DNA of 64,000 nt from assembly GCA_963668025.2 (NCBI GenBank), contig CAXXTH010000017.1, positions 32,001 to 96,000 of the forward strand, written 5' to 3'. Source of the stretch: Candidatus Hydrogenedentota bacterium. Lineage in GTDB: Bacteria > Hydrogenedentota > Hydrogenedentia > Hydrogenedentales > SLHB01. Position 1 is the stretch's first letter. Every line of letters begins with the position of its first letter. Below the pieces are notes generated by a model. The model made no database searches and was not told the origin of the DNA. It saw only the letters and a program-made list of their open reading frames with translations. Positions 18,940 through 29,533 of the stretch are shown here, one piece after another. The position numbers and the translations under genes are program-made.

Positions 18940-20172
18940 ATGAACAAGCTGTCGATTCAAGACCTCGACCTTAAGGGCAAGAAAGTCCTGATGCGGGTTG
19001 ATTTCAACGTGCCCCAAAACGAAGACGGCACGGTGCGCGACGACACCCGCATCCGCGCCGCCCTGAAAAGTATTAATTACGTCCGGGAGCAAGGCGGCAT
19101 GGTGATCCTCATGTCGCATCTGGGCCGCCCGAAGAATCCGGATAAAGCAGAAACGCCCGAAGAGCGCGAGAAAATTATTAAAAAGAACAAGCTGTATGTA
19201 ATGGATCCCGTGGCGGACCGCTTGCGCGAACTCGTGGGCGGCAATGTAACGAAACTCGATGCCATCGTCGGCCCCGAGGTGGAAGCGGCCGTCGCGGCGA
19301 TGAAGCCCGGCGACATTATCCTCCTCGAGAACACGCGCTTCCACAAGGGCGAGGAAAAGAATGACCCGGAATTGTCACAACAGCTCGCCAAACTGGGCGA
19401 TGTCTATGTGAGCGACGCTTTCGGCACGGTCCACCGCGCCCACGCTTCAACGGAAGGCGTGACGAAATATATCAGCCCCTGCGCGGCGGGCTTCCTCGTA
19501 GCGAAAGAAATGGAGTATTTCCTCAAGGTGTTGAATAATCCGGACCGCCCGTTGCTGGCCCTGTTGGGCGGCGCGAAAGTGTCGGATAAGATCACCGTCA
19601 TCGAGAACCTGTTGAACTTGGTGAACACCTTGGTGATCGGCGGCGGCATGGCCTACACGTTCTTCAAGGCCCTAGGCATGGAGATCGGCAATTCGCTGCT
19701 CGACGAGAACGGCATCGAAGTGGCCAAGACGGTCATGGCCAAGGCCAAGGAAAAGGGCGTCGAGCTGCTCCTGCCCGTGGACCTCGTAGTCGCGACGGCC
19801 TTCGAAAACAACGCCGAAAGCAAGATCGTGGATGCGAACGCCATCGAACCGGGCTGGCAAGGGCTTGATATCGGCCCGAAGACCATCGAAGCCTTCTCGG
19901 CGGCCATCAAAAAGTCGAAGATGGTCGTGTGGAACGGCCCCGTGGGCGTCTTCGAGATGCCGAATTTCTGCAAGGGCACGCGGGCCATCGCGGAGTTGCT
20001 TGCGGCAAGCTCGGACATTACGAGCATCATCGGCGGCGGTGACACGGCGGCGGCGGTCACGCAGTTCGGCCTCGAGGACAAGATGAGCCATGTATCGACG
20101 GGTGGCGGCGCGTCGCTCGAGATGCTCGAGGGCAAGATTCTGCCCGGCCTTGCGGCGCTCACGGATAAATAA
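18940..20172 (+). CDS. pgk: Phosphoglycerate kinase
   Basis: RVDFNVP, SHLGRP, LLENTRF and STGGGASLE motifs. Confidence 0.99.
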   Translation: MNKLSIQDLDLKGKKVLMRVDFNVPQNEDGTVRDDTRIRAALKSINYVREQGGMVILMSHLGRPKNPDKAETPEEREKIIKKNKLYVMDPVADRLRELVGGNVTKLDAIVGPEVEAAVAAMKPGDIILLENTRFHKGEEKNDPELSQQLAKLGDVYVSDAFGTVHRAHASTEGVTKYISPCAAGFLVAKEMEYFLKVLNNPDRPLLALLGGAKVSDKITVIENLLNLVNTLVIGGGMAYTFFKALGMEIGNSLLDENGIEVAKTVMAKAKEKGVELLLPVDLVVATAFENNAESKIVDANAIEPGWQGLDIGPKTIEAFSAAIKKSKMVVWNGPVGVFEMPNFCKGTRAIAELLAASSDITSIIGGGDTAAAVTQFGLEDKMSHVSTGGGASLEMLEGKILPGLAALTDK

Positions 20173-20180
20173 GCGGACAC

Positions 20181-20205
20181 CGGGCCGGGGATTGTCCCCG
20201 GCCCG
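20181..20205 (+). terminator. GC-rich hairpin after pgk
   Basis: CGGGCCGGGGA-ttg-TCCCCGGCCCG; no clear U tract. Confidence 0.5.
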
Positions 20206-20288
20206 TTACATACATGCCCGGCGCTCGGGCGCGCGCTCCACCGGCGGCGTACTGGGCTTTGGGTGAATCGGAAGGAAAAAGGTGAACA

Positions 20289-20561
20289 ATGTCTACAGTA
20301 ACTAAAGAACGCAAGGCGGAAATCGTCACAACGCATGGCAAGCATGAAGGCGACACGGGTTCAGCCGAAGTGCAAATCGCCCTGCTGACGCAGCGCATCA
20401 ACGACTTAACGGAGCACTTCAAGGCCCACCCGAAGGATTTCTCGGGACGCCGTGGGCTTCTCAAGCTCGTTGGACACCGCCGCAGCCTGCTCGATTATGT
20501 GCGCGCGCAGGATGTTGAACGCTACCGCGCTATTGTGAAGGCGCTGGGCCTCCGCAAGTAA
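20289..20561 (+). CDS. rpsO: 30S ribosomal protein S15
   Basis: [13 protein letters not shown] and RRGLLKLVG motifs. Confidence 0.99.
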   Translation: MSTVTKERKAEIVTTHGKHEGDTGSAEVQIALLTQRINDLTEHFKAHPKDFSGRRGLLKLVGHRRSLLDYVRAQDVERYRAIVKALGLRK

Positions 20562-20745
20562 GTACACGGAGGCGGGATAGGCGTGGAGTGGCGCCGGTTG
20601 CCAAACCGGCGCCCGCCGCGAACCCTCCCGGCGTATACGGGACGCCAGAAAGGCGCTCCCTGGAAATGTGTGAAGAAGGAAGAAAAGGCAGTGAAGCACA
20701 GGGAACGTATCGAGAGACGTTCCGGCAACACTGGACAGGTGTGAA

Positions 20746-23043
20746 ATGGCAAACCAAGTCGAACGTCTCTCCGTAACCATAGGTGCAGATGAAATTGTTT
20801 TTGAAACGGGCCGTATCGCCCGGCAAGCCCATGGAGCCATATTGCTCACATGCGGCGAGAGCATGGTTCTTTCCGCTGTGTGCGTATCTCCGGATCTGCG
20901 CCCAGGGCAGGACTTTTTCCCTCTCACGGTCGAGTATCGTGAAAAGTGCGCGGCGGCGGGGCGCATTCCCGGTAATTTCTTCCGCCGTGAAGGCAGGCCC
21001 AGCGAGCGCGAAATCCTCGTATGCCGCCTGACGGACCGCCCCATGCGGCCCTTATTCCCCAAGGGATTTCTCAACGAAGTGCAGGTGTTTTCCACCGTGT
21101 TTTCGGCGGACAATGTCCACAACCCCGATGTCCTCTCGATTATCGGCGCATCAGCGGCGCTGCATATTTCGAAGATTCCCTTCAATGGACCCATCGGCGC
21201 CGTGCGCCTGGGCCTGATCGAAGGGGAATTTGTCGCCAATCCCCCCATGGCGGATATGGCGAACAGTGAATTCGACATTGTCATGGCGGGCACAAAAGAC
21301 GCGATCACCATGGTCGAAGGCCAGGCTACCGAGGTGGATGAAGACACCATGCTCGAAGCCCTCGAATTCGGCCACGAGCAGATTAAAAAGATCTGCGCCG
21401 CCATTGAAGAATTCCGCGCGCGCGTGGGCGTCGAGAAAATGGCGTACACAAGCCCCGAAAGCAATCAGGATGTGATCAACGATGTCGAGCACCACGCCGG
21501 TGGAGAGCTGACCCGTATCTTGTCTATTGCGGATAAGCACGAGCGCCAAGATGCCTTGTCCTCGCTCAAAACGGAGATGCAGGAACAATTCACCGAGCAG
21601 TACGGCGATGAATTGTATGAAGAGCGCAAAGAAGAGATCGTCGAGGTGTATGAAGACGCCATCAAGCGCGCCATGCGGCAGAAAGTGATCGAGACGAATA
21701 CCCGCCTGGATGGCCGCACTCCTACCGAAATCCGGCCCATTACGATTGAAGTAGGCGTTCTGCCCCGCACCCATGGCTCCGCCCTTTTCACGCGCGGTGA
21801 AACCCAAGCCCTCGTATCGACCACTCTCGGCACCAGCCGCGATGAACAGCGCTTGGATGAACTCACCGGCGAAGAATTCCGGCGTTTCATGCTCCATTAC
21901 AACTTCCCCTCGTATTCGGTGGGCGAAGTGCGGCGCATCAGCGGCCCGGGACGCCGCGAAATCGGCCACGGCAAACTCGCCGAGCGGGCGCTCGAATGCG
22001 TGCTGCCTATCGGTGAAGAATCCGAATTCCCCTACACCATCCGCGTGTTGTCCGATGTGACGGAAAGCAACGGCTCCAGCTCGATGGCCACGGTATGTGG
22101 CGGAACGCTGAGCCTCATGGATGCGGGCGTGCCGATTTCCGCTCCGGTGGCGGGTATCGCCATGGGCTTAATTAAAGAAGGCGATAATGCGGTCATTCTG
22201 AGCGACATCTTGGGCGCGGAAGACCACCTGGGCGATATGGACTTCAAAGTCTGCGGCACGCGCGAAGGCATCACGGCCTTCCAGATGGACTGCAAAATCG
22301 CGGGCGTCTCGAGCGAATTGATGAAGGCGGCTCTCGACCAGGCCCGTGCGGGCCGTATCCATATCCTCGACAAAATCGAGGAAGCCCTCCAAACGCCGCG
22401 TACGGAAATCTCGAAGTATGCGCCGCGAATCTACACCATCAAGATTGATGTCGATAAGATCCGCGAAGTGATTGGACCTGGCGGCAAAGTCATCCGCGAG
22501 ATCCAAGCCAAATCTGGCGCGGAGATCGACATCGAAGACGACGGCACGGTGAATGTGGCCGCAGTGGACTCCGAGAGCGCCAACTTGGCCCTCGATATGA
22601 TCAAGCAGATCACGGCGGTGCCCGAGGTTGGCCAGGTCTACAAAGGCGTCGTGGCGCGCATAATGAATTTCGGTGCGTTTGTCACGATCATGGGCAGCAA
22701 AGACGGCTTGGTTCACATTTCCGAACTGAGCGTCAATCACGTGCGTGAAGTCGAGGATGTCGTCCACATTGGCGACGAGATCAACGTCAAGGTCATCGAA
22801 ATCGACAAAATGGGCCGGTTGAATCTCTCGAAAGTCGAGGCAGACCGCGAACTCGGCATTATCGAGGAAGTGCGTGAAGGCGAAGAACGCCGTCCGCGCC
22901 CTGAACGCACGGAGCGCAGCAGCAGCGACCGTGGCGGTTCACGGGATCGCAACGGTCGTAGCGGCGGGAGCCGTGGCGGCAGTGGGGGCGGCGGTGGAAG
23001 CCGTGGCGGGCGCGACAGCGGCAGCCGGGATCGCCGGCGCTAA
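20746..23043 (+). CDS. pnp: Polyribonucleotide nucleotidyltransferase
   Basis: FFPLTVEY, RREIGHG and ESNGSSSMA motifs; KH and S1 domains; G/R/S-rich tail. Confidence 0.99.
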   Translation: MANQVERLSVTIGADEIVFETGRIARQAHGAILLTCGESMVLSAVCVSPDLRPGQDFFPLTVEYREKCAAAGRIPGNFFRREGRPSEREILVCRLTDRPMRPLFPKGFLNEVQVFSTVFSADNVHNPDVLSIIGASAALHISKIPFNGPIGAVRLGLIEGEFVANPPMADMANSEFDIVMAGTKDAITMVEGQATEVDEDTMLEALEFGHEQIKKICAAIEEFRARVGVEKMAYTSPESNQDVINDVEHHAGGELTRILSIADKHERQDALSSLKTEMQEQFTEQYGDELYEERKEEIVEVYEDAIKRAMRQKVIETNTRLDGRTPTEIRPITIEVGVLPRTHGSALFTRGETQALVSTTLGTSRDEQRLDELTGEEFRRFMLHYNFPSYSVGEVRRISGPGRREIGHGKLAERALECVLPIGEESEFPYTIRVLSDVTESNGSSSMATVCGGTLSLMDAGVPISAPVAGIAMGLIKEGDNAVILSDILGAEDHLGDMDFKVCGTREGITAFQMDCKIAGVSSELMKAALDQARAGRIHILDKIEEALQTPRTEISKYAPRIYTIKIDVDKIREVIGPGGKVIREIQAKSGAEIDIEDDGTVNVAAVDSESANLALDMIKQITAVPEVGQVYKGVVARIMNFGAFVTIMGSKDGLVHISELSVNHVREVEDVVHIGDEINVKVIEIDKMGRLNLSKVEADRELGIIEEVREGEERRPRPERTERSSSDRGGSRDRNGRSGGSRGGSGGGGGSRGGRDSGSRDRRR

Positions 23044-23070
23044 GCAGAACCGTCAAACCATGTAAATCGC

Positions 23071-23100
23071 GGGGGAGCCTCTCACACGAGAGGTTCCCCC
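23071..23100 (+). terminator. Hairpin after pnp
   Basis: GGGGGAGCCTCTC-acac-GAGAGGTTCCCCC. Confidence 0.55.
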
Positions 23101-23140
23101 TATATGCTTTCCATAACCGCTTTGCGCGCAGGGTTGAATC

Positions 23141-24406
23141 ATGCAACAGGCTATTCCCAATTCCACTGAAGGTGAAGTGCGCGTGCTTGCGAATGGCATG
23201 CGGGTCTTATTTGATGTGATGCCCCACGTGCGCTCGATCAGCGCGGGCGTTTGGATCCGCACCGGCTCGGCCAACGAGCGCGCCGAACAGGCGGGCATCT
23301 CCCATTTTCTCGAGCATTTGTTCTTCAAAGGCACCACCACGAAGACCGCACGGGAATTGATGGTGGCTATCGAAGGCCGCGGCGGCAGCATGAACGCGTT
23401 CACTACGCGGGATTATACCTGTGTATACGCCCGCACCCTCGATAGCCAGACGCAAACCGCCATCGAAATTCTAGGTGATGTGTTGCGCGATTCGCAGTTC
23501 TTTGATTTTGAAAAAGAACGCAGTGTCATCCTCGAAGAGATCGCATCCATCGAAGACGTGCCCGAGGACTACGCCCACGATTTGCTCATGGAGCGCGTAT
23601 GGCCCAACCACGCCCTAGGCCGCTCTGTGTCGGGCTACGATGACACGGTGTCCGCGCTCACTATCGAACAAGTCCGGGCCTATTTTGAGGCGTGGTACCG
23701 ACCGGAAAATATGCTCTTTACGCTCGCGGGCCGTTTTGATCCCGATGAAGCCTTTCAATGGGTGCGCGCCCAGTTTGAGGATCTGCCCGCCACGCCCGCG
23801 CCGGAAACATACGCGCCTCCCCTTTTTGGCGGAGGACTGGATACGGAAGTGCGCGATATCGCCCAGAGCCATTATTGCCTGGCGTTTCCTGGCCCGAGCG
23901 CGACGGACCCCCAGCGCTATGTCTATGAAATGCTCACCAACGCGTTAGGCGGCGGCTCGACCTCGCGGCTCTTCGAGCGCATCCGCGAACAGGAGGGGCT
24001 TGCGTATAGCATTTATGCGTTCCGCTCCAGCTACCGCCCTTGCGGCCTCGTGGGCTTATACGCCGCAGTGGCTCCCGAAACCTTGCGCCATGCGATAGAT
24101 ATTACCTGCGAAGAACTCCGCAAATTGCGGGAAACGCCCATGTCGGAACATGAACTCGAATTGAACAGGGAACAGCTCAAGGGCGGATTTTTGCTGTCGC
24201 TCGAGAGTTCATTTAACCGCATGTCCCGTTTGGCGAAATCCATGATGCATCACGGGCGCATCTTGAGTATCGACGAGATCATTGCGGGCGTCGACGCCGT
24301 GGCGTCCGATGAGGTCATGCGCCTGGCCCAGGCCATTTTCACGGCTTCCTCGTGTGCAGGCATCATACTTGGCCCAGAAAGCCAATCCGTTGAGGTGGCC
24401 CTGTGA
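23141..24406 (+). CDS. M16 family zinc peptidase
   Basis: HFLEH inverted zinc motif; [16 protein letters not shown]; usual position after pnp. Confidence 0.95.
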   Translation: MQQAIPNSTEGEVRVLANGMRVLFDVMPHVRSISAGVWIRTGSANERAEQAGISHFLEHLFFKGTTTKTARELMVAIEGRGGSMNAFTTRDYTCVYARTLDSQTQTAIEILGDVLRDSQFFDFEKERSVILEEIASIEDVPEDYAHDLLMERVWPNHALGRSVSGYDDTVSALTIEQVRAYFEAWYRPENMLFTLAGRFDPDEAFQWVRAQFEDLPATPAPETYAPPLFGGGLDTEVRDIAQSHYCLAFPGPSATDPQRYVYEMLTNALGGGSTSRLFERIREQEGLAYSIYAFRSSYRPCGLVGLYAAVAPETLRHAIDITCEELRKLRETPMSEHELELNREQLKGGFLLSLESSFNRMSRLAKSMMHHGRILSIDEIIAGVDAVASDEVMRLAQAIFTASSCAGIILGPESQSVEVAL

Positions 24407-24861
24407 GCATCCGTGAGACTGTCGTCCGGGTCACCCGCGAACCCGGCTGCGAAGACATCCCCTTGCCCGCCTACGAGACGGAACACGCCGCCGGCATGGA
24501 CCTGCGCGCCGCCGTGGCAGAGCCGCTCACCTTGGCTCCCGGTGAGCGCGCCATCGTGCCCACGGGCATCCGCATCGCCTTGAATCCCGGCGTCGAGGCC
24601 CAAGTCCGCCCGCGCAGCGGCCTGGCGTTGCGCCATGGCCTCTCGATGGTGAACACGCCAGGAACCGTGGACGCGGATTACCGGGGCGAATTGCGCGTGA
24701 TCCTCATCAACCTGGGCCAGGAGCCGTTCACGATTCATCGCGGCGACCGCATCGCACAAATAGTCATTGCCCCCGTATGCAAAGCGATTTGGGAAGAAGT
24801 GGACGCCCTGGATGAGACTGTTCGCGGCGCGGGCGGTTTCGGGCATACTGGGCATCGGTGA
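24403..24861 (+). CDS. dut: dUTP diphosphatase
   Basis: [20 protein letters not shown] and [10 protein letters not shown] motifs. Confidence 0.98.
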   Translation: MSIRETVVRVTREPGCEDIPLPAYETEHAAGMDLRAAVAEPLTLAPGERAIVPTGIRIALNPGVEAQVRPRSGLALRHGLSMVNTPGTVDADYRGELRVILINLGQEPFTIHRGDRIAQIVIAPVCKAIWEEVDALDETVRGAGGFGHTGHR

Positions 24862-24882
24862 GCAGGGGATAGACCAGTACCA

Positions 24883-26013
24883 TTAGGAACCTGCTTTGCT
24901 GCTAGCCTTTTTCAGCTCCATCTCTTGTTCGAGTTTAGCAATTATGTCCGGCCTACGAAATGACGGATGATATTGCCTAGCACTAACCGGCTCACATTTC
25001 AGAAATGAAATGTCAGGCATATAGTTTAACTGCGGTTCAAAGACATGAAGAATCGGATGCTCTGTAAGGTGACCATCTATAAGCAAGTCCCTTCGCGTAT
25101 GATATTCAAATATTGGCATCTTAATGGTTGAACGATGTGTCCGCCATAAATTCGCCACATATTTGGTACAAGACGCAACACCGAAGTATATAGTGTCCAT
25201 TGAATTATGGAGTTGCAATGCATTGATCTGGGTAACATCCCTTTCGGTAGTAATATCATACCGAAGACGATTTTTATATGGCCCCTCATATTTTGTCCCG
25301 TCAAGTAGCATTACCATGGTCCTGGAATCGAGTGGCCAGAAAATCTGAAACCCGGGCAATTGCAGCCCTAAAGTTCCTCTTGTCTTTATGTTATGTAAAT
25401 AGGTATTAATGAAAATTACTGGAGCGTCACTAAAAATGAAAGGTAACTCTGTCTTATTGAGTAGCAAATGTATATCTAGATCAAGAATTAAAGGTACACA
25501 TTCTAGTGCGGCTTGGATATTCCTTCCGACGGTGGCGCACATTTTCTCACTAATAGAAATGCAGCCATCGTCGATCTCCTTAATGATGTCTGCATCATCT
25601 TTTTCTTCGAGGGACTCTTTAAATAGTTGGAGGAGAGTATTCTCTAGAGCAGGTGCCACTTTCTCTGCTTGATGAACAGTTCGGGCGCGCTGAAAGAGCA
25701 ATGATTGCAGAAAACACATATAATCTTGCTCCGACCACAGAGGAGCACTCTCGTTCCAAGCAACCTGTAATATAGTGCGTATGGCTTTACTGTGTTTTCC
25801 TTCAATTAAAGCAAAGCTCTTTTCAAGCTCTTCTGAGCCATAAATATTCCTCTTCTTACATTGCCCTAGGATTGATGCTCCGGTTATGATTTTACCATCT
25901 TTGATCCGTAATAAGCAGATTCTTTTTTTATCGGTAGAGAATTGTTTTATATAAAACTGTGGCACATAATGCTGATTAGAGTGTGCTCCCATTTCTTGGA
26001 TCCTCTCTAACAT
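24883..26013 (-). CDS. DUF4238 domain protein; AT-rich insertion
   Basis: NQHYVPQFYIKQF and FIFSDAPV motifs. Confidence 0.8.
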   Translation of the reverse strand: MLERIQEMGAHSNQHYVPQFYIKQFSTDKKRICLLRIKDGKIITGASILGQCKKRNIYGSEELEKSFALIEGKHSKAIRTILQVAWNESAPLWSEQDYMCFLQSLLFQRARTVHQAEKVAPALENTLLQLFKESLEEKDDADIIKEIDDGCISISEKMCATVGRNIQAALECVPLILDLDIHLLLNKTELPFIFSDAPVIFINTYLHNIKTRGTLGLQLPGFQIFWPLDSRTMVMLLDGTKYEGPYKNRLRYDITTERDVTQINALQLHNSMDTIYFGVASCTKYVANLWRTHRSTIKMPIFEYHTRRDLLIDGHLTEHPILHVFEPQLNYMPDISFLKCEPVSARQYHPSFRRPDIIAKLEQEMELKKASSKAGS

Positions 26014-26135
26014 ATATGATTTTTACAACTATTGTATGTAATAAAACTTATTTACAGATATTAATGAACAATCGTGCTTGAACGAGAGAATCATCGCTAT
26101 TTATCTTAGTTCATGTATTTGCATTTCTACAAGAA

Positions 26136-26789
26136 TCAAATGTCCCAGAAGGCCTCGGCGATGCGCAGGTCTTCTTCCGTCTTGATGACGTGCCCCTCGA
26201 TGCGGCTCACGGGGAAAAAGCCTACGCGCCCCGCATAGGTGGCGGTTTGCTGGGCGTCTTTCGCGGCAAGATAGGTGGACCGCCTCCAGCCGGTGACGCT
26301 CCAGGTAATCCGCTGGATAGGCTTGAGCTCTTGGGAGTTGGTCTTCTGGTCGAACCTGAAATTCACCGGTTCGCCTTCCATGGCGCATTCGATTTGTTCC
26401 AGCACACAGCTCAACATCGCATCATAGCCGCCTGTTTCCATGGCCGACACAAACTCGGCCACGCGCGGCGCGGGCAGCAGTGGCGCGATGGAGTGGACTT
26501 GAAATACCCGTTCGCATGGATGCGCCATTAAGAACTCATGGACGAATTCCTCGCTAGTGGCAGTTGGACCGGCCAGATCCAAGGGCCGTTGGTGAAATTG
26601 GACGCCCTCTTGTTCGGCGATCTCGGCGAAGAGCTCGTGGTCCGCATTTACCCAAATTTCGGCGAAACAACCCGCCGCCTTGCATTTACGAATCGCCCGC
26701 GTGATCAGCGGCACACCGCGCAATTCCCGGAGATTCTTGCGGGCCAACCGCTGGCTGCCCATCCGGGCGGGAATCATGGCGATATTCAC
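26136..26789 (-). CDS. Acylneuraminate/Kdo-type cytidylyltransferase
   Basis: IPARMGSQRLARKN motif. Confidence 0.88.
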   Translation of the reverse strand: MNIAMIPARMGSQRLARKNLRELRGVPLITRAIRKCKAAGCFAEIWVNADHELFAEIAEQEGVQFHQRPLDLAGPTATSEEFVHEFLMAHPCERVFQVHSIAPLLPAPRVAEFVSAMETGGYDAMLSCVLEQIECAMEGEPVNFRFDQKTNSQELKPIQRITWSVTGWRRSTYLAAKDAQQTATYAGRVGFFPVSRIEGHVIKTEEDLRIAEAFWDI

Positions 26790-27436
26790 TTCGAGGATTC
26801 CTGTTCAGCCCGCTTCAACGCGATATACCGCGACACCATATGGAGGATAGCGCCGAACAAGTCTTCGATGATGCCGTATTCCTTTCGGGCGCTCTCGATG
26901 TGGATGCAACGCTGGCTCAGGCCTTTAAGCTGGCCGCCATCGAAACCGGCGCAACTATACGTGCGTCCGCCGTGGGTGTTGGCGTATTCAATTGCGCGGA
27001 GAATATTCGGGCTGTTTCCGCTCACGGACAGGGCAATGACCAGATCGCCGGGCCGCATATGGGCCTCGAGCTGGCGGGAAAAAATCTCTTCGAAGCAATA
27101 ATCATTGCCGATGGCCGTAATGGAGGAGACATTATCCGTGAGGGCCTGCACCCGCAGCCCCCGGCGTCCCGCAGCCGCCCCATGCACGCTCAGGTCACTC
27201 ACAAAATGGCTGGCCACGGCGGCGCTGCCGCCATTGCCAATAAGAAATACGGACTGGTCGCCCGCTGCGGCTTCTTCGATGGCGCTAATCAGGCCGCTGA
27301 CTGCTTGCGGCTCGATGCGCAGGACCGTCTCGGCGATATGCCCGCAGAAGCCTTGGATAAAAGCTTCCGGCGAATTGGTATCGCGAAATAACTGCGAAGC
27401 GGCGCTCATGCGCGATTCCTTATGGCAAGCAAGCAA
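26786..27436 (-). CDS. SIS domain phosphoheptose isomerase (GmhA-like)
   Basis: GNGGSAA, TAIGNDY and SVSGNSPN motifs. Confidence 0.88.
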   Translation of the reverse strand: MLACHKESRMSAASQLFRDTNSPEAFIQGFCGHIAETVLRIEPQAVSGLISAIEEAAAGDQSVFLIGNGGSAAVASHFVSDLSVHGAAAGRRGLRVQALTDNVSSITAIGNDYCFEEIFSRQLEAHMRPGDLVIALSVSGNSPNILRAIEYANTHGGRTYSCAGFDGGQLKGLSQRCIHIESARKEYGIIEDLFGAILHMVSRYIALKRAEQESSK

Positions 27437-27439
27437 ACA

Positions 27440-28645
27440 TCAGGTGCCTGACTCATGGTTTTCCTTTGAATGAATTTCCCGGATGGTGTATATAGCCTTC
27501 CGCTGGCTCTCATAATAAGTCCGCACACTGATCTCGCCCAGGAGGCCCATTCCAATCAATTGTATCGCACCCATGGTGCAAAACATGGAAATATAAATAT
27601 AGGGATTGCTCGTGATGTCATGATGCTTTGCGTCCACTATCTTCATCGTGAGGGTGTACGCGCCGGATATAAACGCAATAAACAGTGACAAAACGCCCCA
27701 CGCGCCGAACACCTGCATGGGTTTTGTGGAGTAGGATAATAAAAATTTCACGGTGATGAGATCGAGAACAACGCGCACGATGCGGGTATAGCTGTACTTG
27801 GATTTTCCAAAACGCCGGGGGCGATGGTTGACCTTCATCTCCGTTACCCGTGCGCCCGCCCAGCTCGCCAGGGCAGGAAGAAAACGGTGCATCTCACCGT
27901 AGAACTGAATGTGCTGGGCCATATTCTTTTGATAGGCCTTGAGCGTGCATCCATAATCGTGCAGGCGAACCCCAGTCATCCACGAGATTAACAAATTAGC
28001 CAGTTTTGAAGGAATCCGCCTGCTGATAAAATTGTCTTTGCGGGACACGCGCCATCCACTTACGACATCATACCCTTCGTCGATCTTCGCGACCAAGCGT
28101 TCGATATCGGTGGGATCATTTTGCAGATCCGCGTCCATCGGTATGATGAGGTCGCCTTTAGCTAGATGGAATCCAGCGGCCAGAGCCGCCGTTTGGCCAT
28201 AATTCCGAGTAAATTTTATAACATGCACATGATTGGGATCGCGCTCATATAGCTCACAGCATATTTCGTGGCTGCGATCCGTGCTGCCATCATCAATAAA
28301 GATAATCTCATAACTCTCGAAATGCGCTTGAATTAGCGTATCCGTAATCTCTTGATATAAGGCAACCAGAGATTCTTCTTCATTCAGGAAAGGCACAACA
28401 ATAGAAATATAATGGCCCTGGGGGGTGTGTGGCGGCTTCACTGCTTTCCACTCTTCGACTATCGGAGAACGATCGGTAGCATCTTCTGGCGCAAACGTCT
28501 TTTCGGTAACGGCGTTATCGGCAGGGCATACAGTTGTTCCCCGCCCATACCCCTTCTTGGGCTTGGCTGACTTCACCTCTTTAGGGTGGCCCACTGCTGT
28601 CTTCATGCGATAGCCTTGTCTTCGTGCGCTAATGATAGGAAACAC
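27440..28645 (-). CDS. GT2 polyprenyl-phosphate glycosyltransferase (ArnC/DPM1-like)
   Basis: IDDGSTD, DADLQNDP and HDYGCTLKAY motifs; two C-terminal TM helices; start uncertain. Confidence 0.9.
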   Translation of the reverse strand: MFPIISARRQGYRMKTAVGHPKEVKSAKPKKGYGRGTTVCPADNAVTEKTFAPEDATDRSPIVEEWKAVKPPHTPQGHYISIVVPFLNEEESLVALYQEITDTLIQAHFESYEIIFIDDGSTDRSHEICCELYERDPNHVHVIKFTRNYGQTAALAAGFHLAKGDLIIPMDADLQNDPTDIERLVAKIDEGYDVVSGWRVSRKDNFISRRIPSKLANLLISWMTGVRLHDYGCTLKAYQKNMAQHIQFYGEMHRFLPALASWAGARVTEMKVNHRPRRFGKSKYSYTRIVRVVLDLITVKFLLSYSTKPMQVFGAWGVLSLFIAFISGAYTLTMKIVDAKHHDITSNPYIYISMFCTMGAIQLIGMGLLGEISVRTYYESQRKAIYTIREIHSKENHESGT

Positions 28646-28768
28646 CCTCTAGAACAGGCTGCGTATCTCAAATCGGCACAGCCTTTTCCACTAAATGCGC
28701 ATTTACGATTTACTGCACCCGCATTATTGTAACTTAACTCGGACGTTCAGGCAAGAGTAGATTCTTCT

Positions 28769-28869
28769 GAAAGATCCCCCAAAATTCGACAAGAACACTT
28801 CCATAGACGGGTAACTCTATTCAATACAATTAATTGCGGTTATCACTCCCATTTTTTGGGGAACTCCTG
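28769..28869 (-). mobile_element. ~100-bp MITE-like derivative of the IS4-family element left end
   Basis: Reverse complement aligns with 40120-40222 and 61686-61788. Confidence 0.85.
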
Positions 28870-28971
28870 TGTGGAATGAGCTCCGGGCATATAGGTGTTT
28901 ATACCATGTTCGTGCCGCCACCATGAATACGGGTATGATGTGTAATCTTTCACGATAAGGAGAAATATCAG

Positions 28972-29466
28972 ATGGTAAACAAGGGTGATAGTGTGTTGGA
29001 ACCGGGCCAGCAAGCGCCTGATTTTGAGTTGAATTCGAATAATGGCGGAACCATCCGATTATCGGGCCTCGTGGGTAAGCCCGTGGTGCTTTATTTCTAC
29101 CCGAAAGATGATACGCCAGGCTGCACCATCGAAGCCAACGGTTTTCAGCGGCATCTGCAAGCGTTCGAGGATGCAGGCGCGGTAGTGCTGGGCGTAAGCC
29201 CAGACAGTGTGAAATCCCATTGCAAGTTTGCGGAGAAGTATGCGCTGGCGTTCCACTTGCTGGCGGATGAAGCACACCACGTGGCGGAATCGTATGGCGT
29301 ATGGGTCGAGAAGAAGCGTTGCGGCCGCACGTATTGGGGAATCCAGCGGGCGACATTCCTCCTCGACGCACGCGGAAAAATCACGCATCTTTGGCACGAT
29401 GTGAAGCCGGAAGGGCATCCCGAGGAGGTGCTGTCGGCATTAAGCGGCTTAACGTCTTCGGAATGA
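28972..29466 (+). CDS. bcp: Thioredoxin-dependent peroxiredoxin
   Basis: YFYPKDDTPGCTIEA motif. Confidence 0.93.
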   Translation: MVNKGDSVLEPGQQAPDFELNSNNGGTIRLSGLVGKPVVLYFYPKDDTPGCTIEANGFQRHLQAFEDAGAVVLGVSPDSVKSHCKFAEKYALAFHLLADEAHHVAESYGVWVEKKRCGRTYWGIQRATFLLDARGKITHLWHDVKPEGHPEEVLSALSGLTSSE

Positions 29467-29479
29467 ACACGGAAATAAA

Positions 29480-29518
29480 AATCCCGGAGAAGCCTTTGTA
29501 TCAGGCCTCTCCGGGATT
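29480..29518. terminator. Hairpin between convergent genes
   Basis: AATCCCGGAGA...TCTCCGGGATT with a flanking A run. Confidence 0.6.
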
Positions 29519-29533
29519 CGACAGGCATCAAGC

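Noticed and set aside
20206-20288. Possible S15 autoregulatory leader RNA, and structured rpsO-pnp spacer (20562-20745)
   Set aside because: The position fits, but I cannot match a known RNA family by eye.
22885-23043. Gly/Arg/Ser low-complexity tail of PNPase
   Set aside because: Common disordered extension in PNPases; not a separate repeat element.
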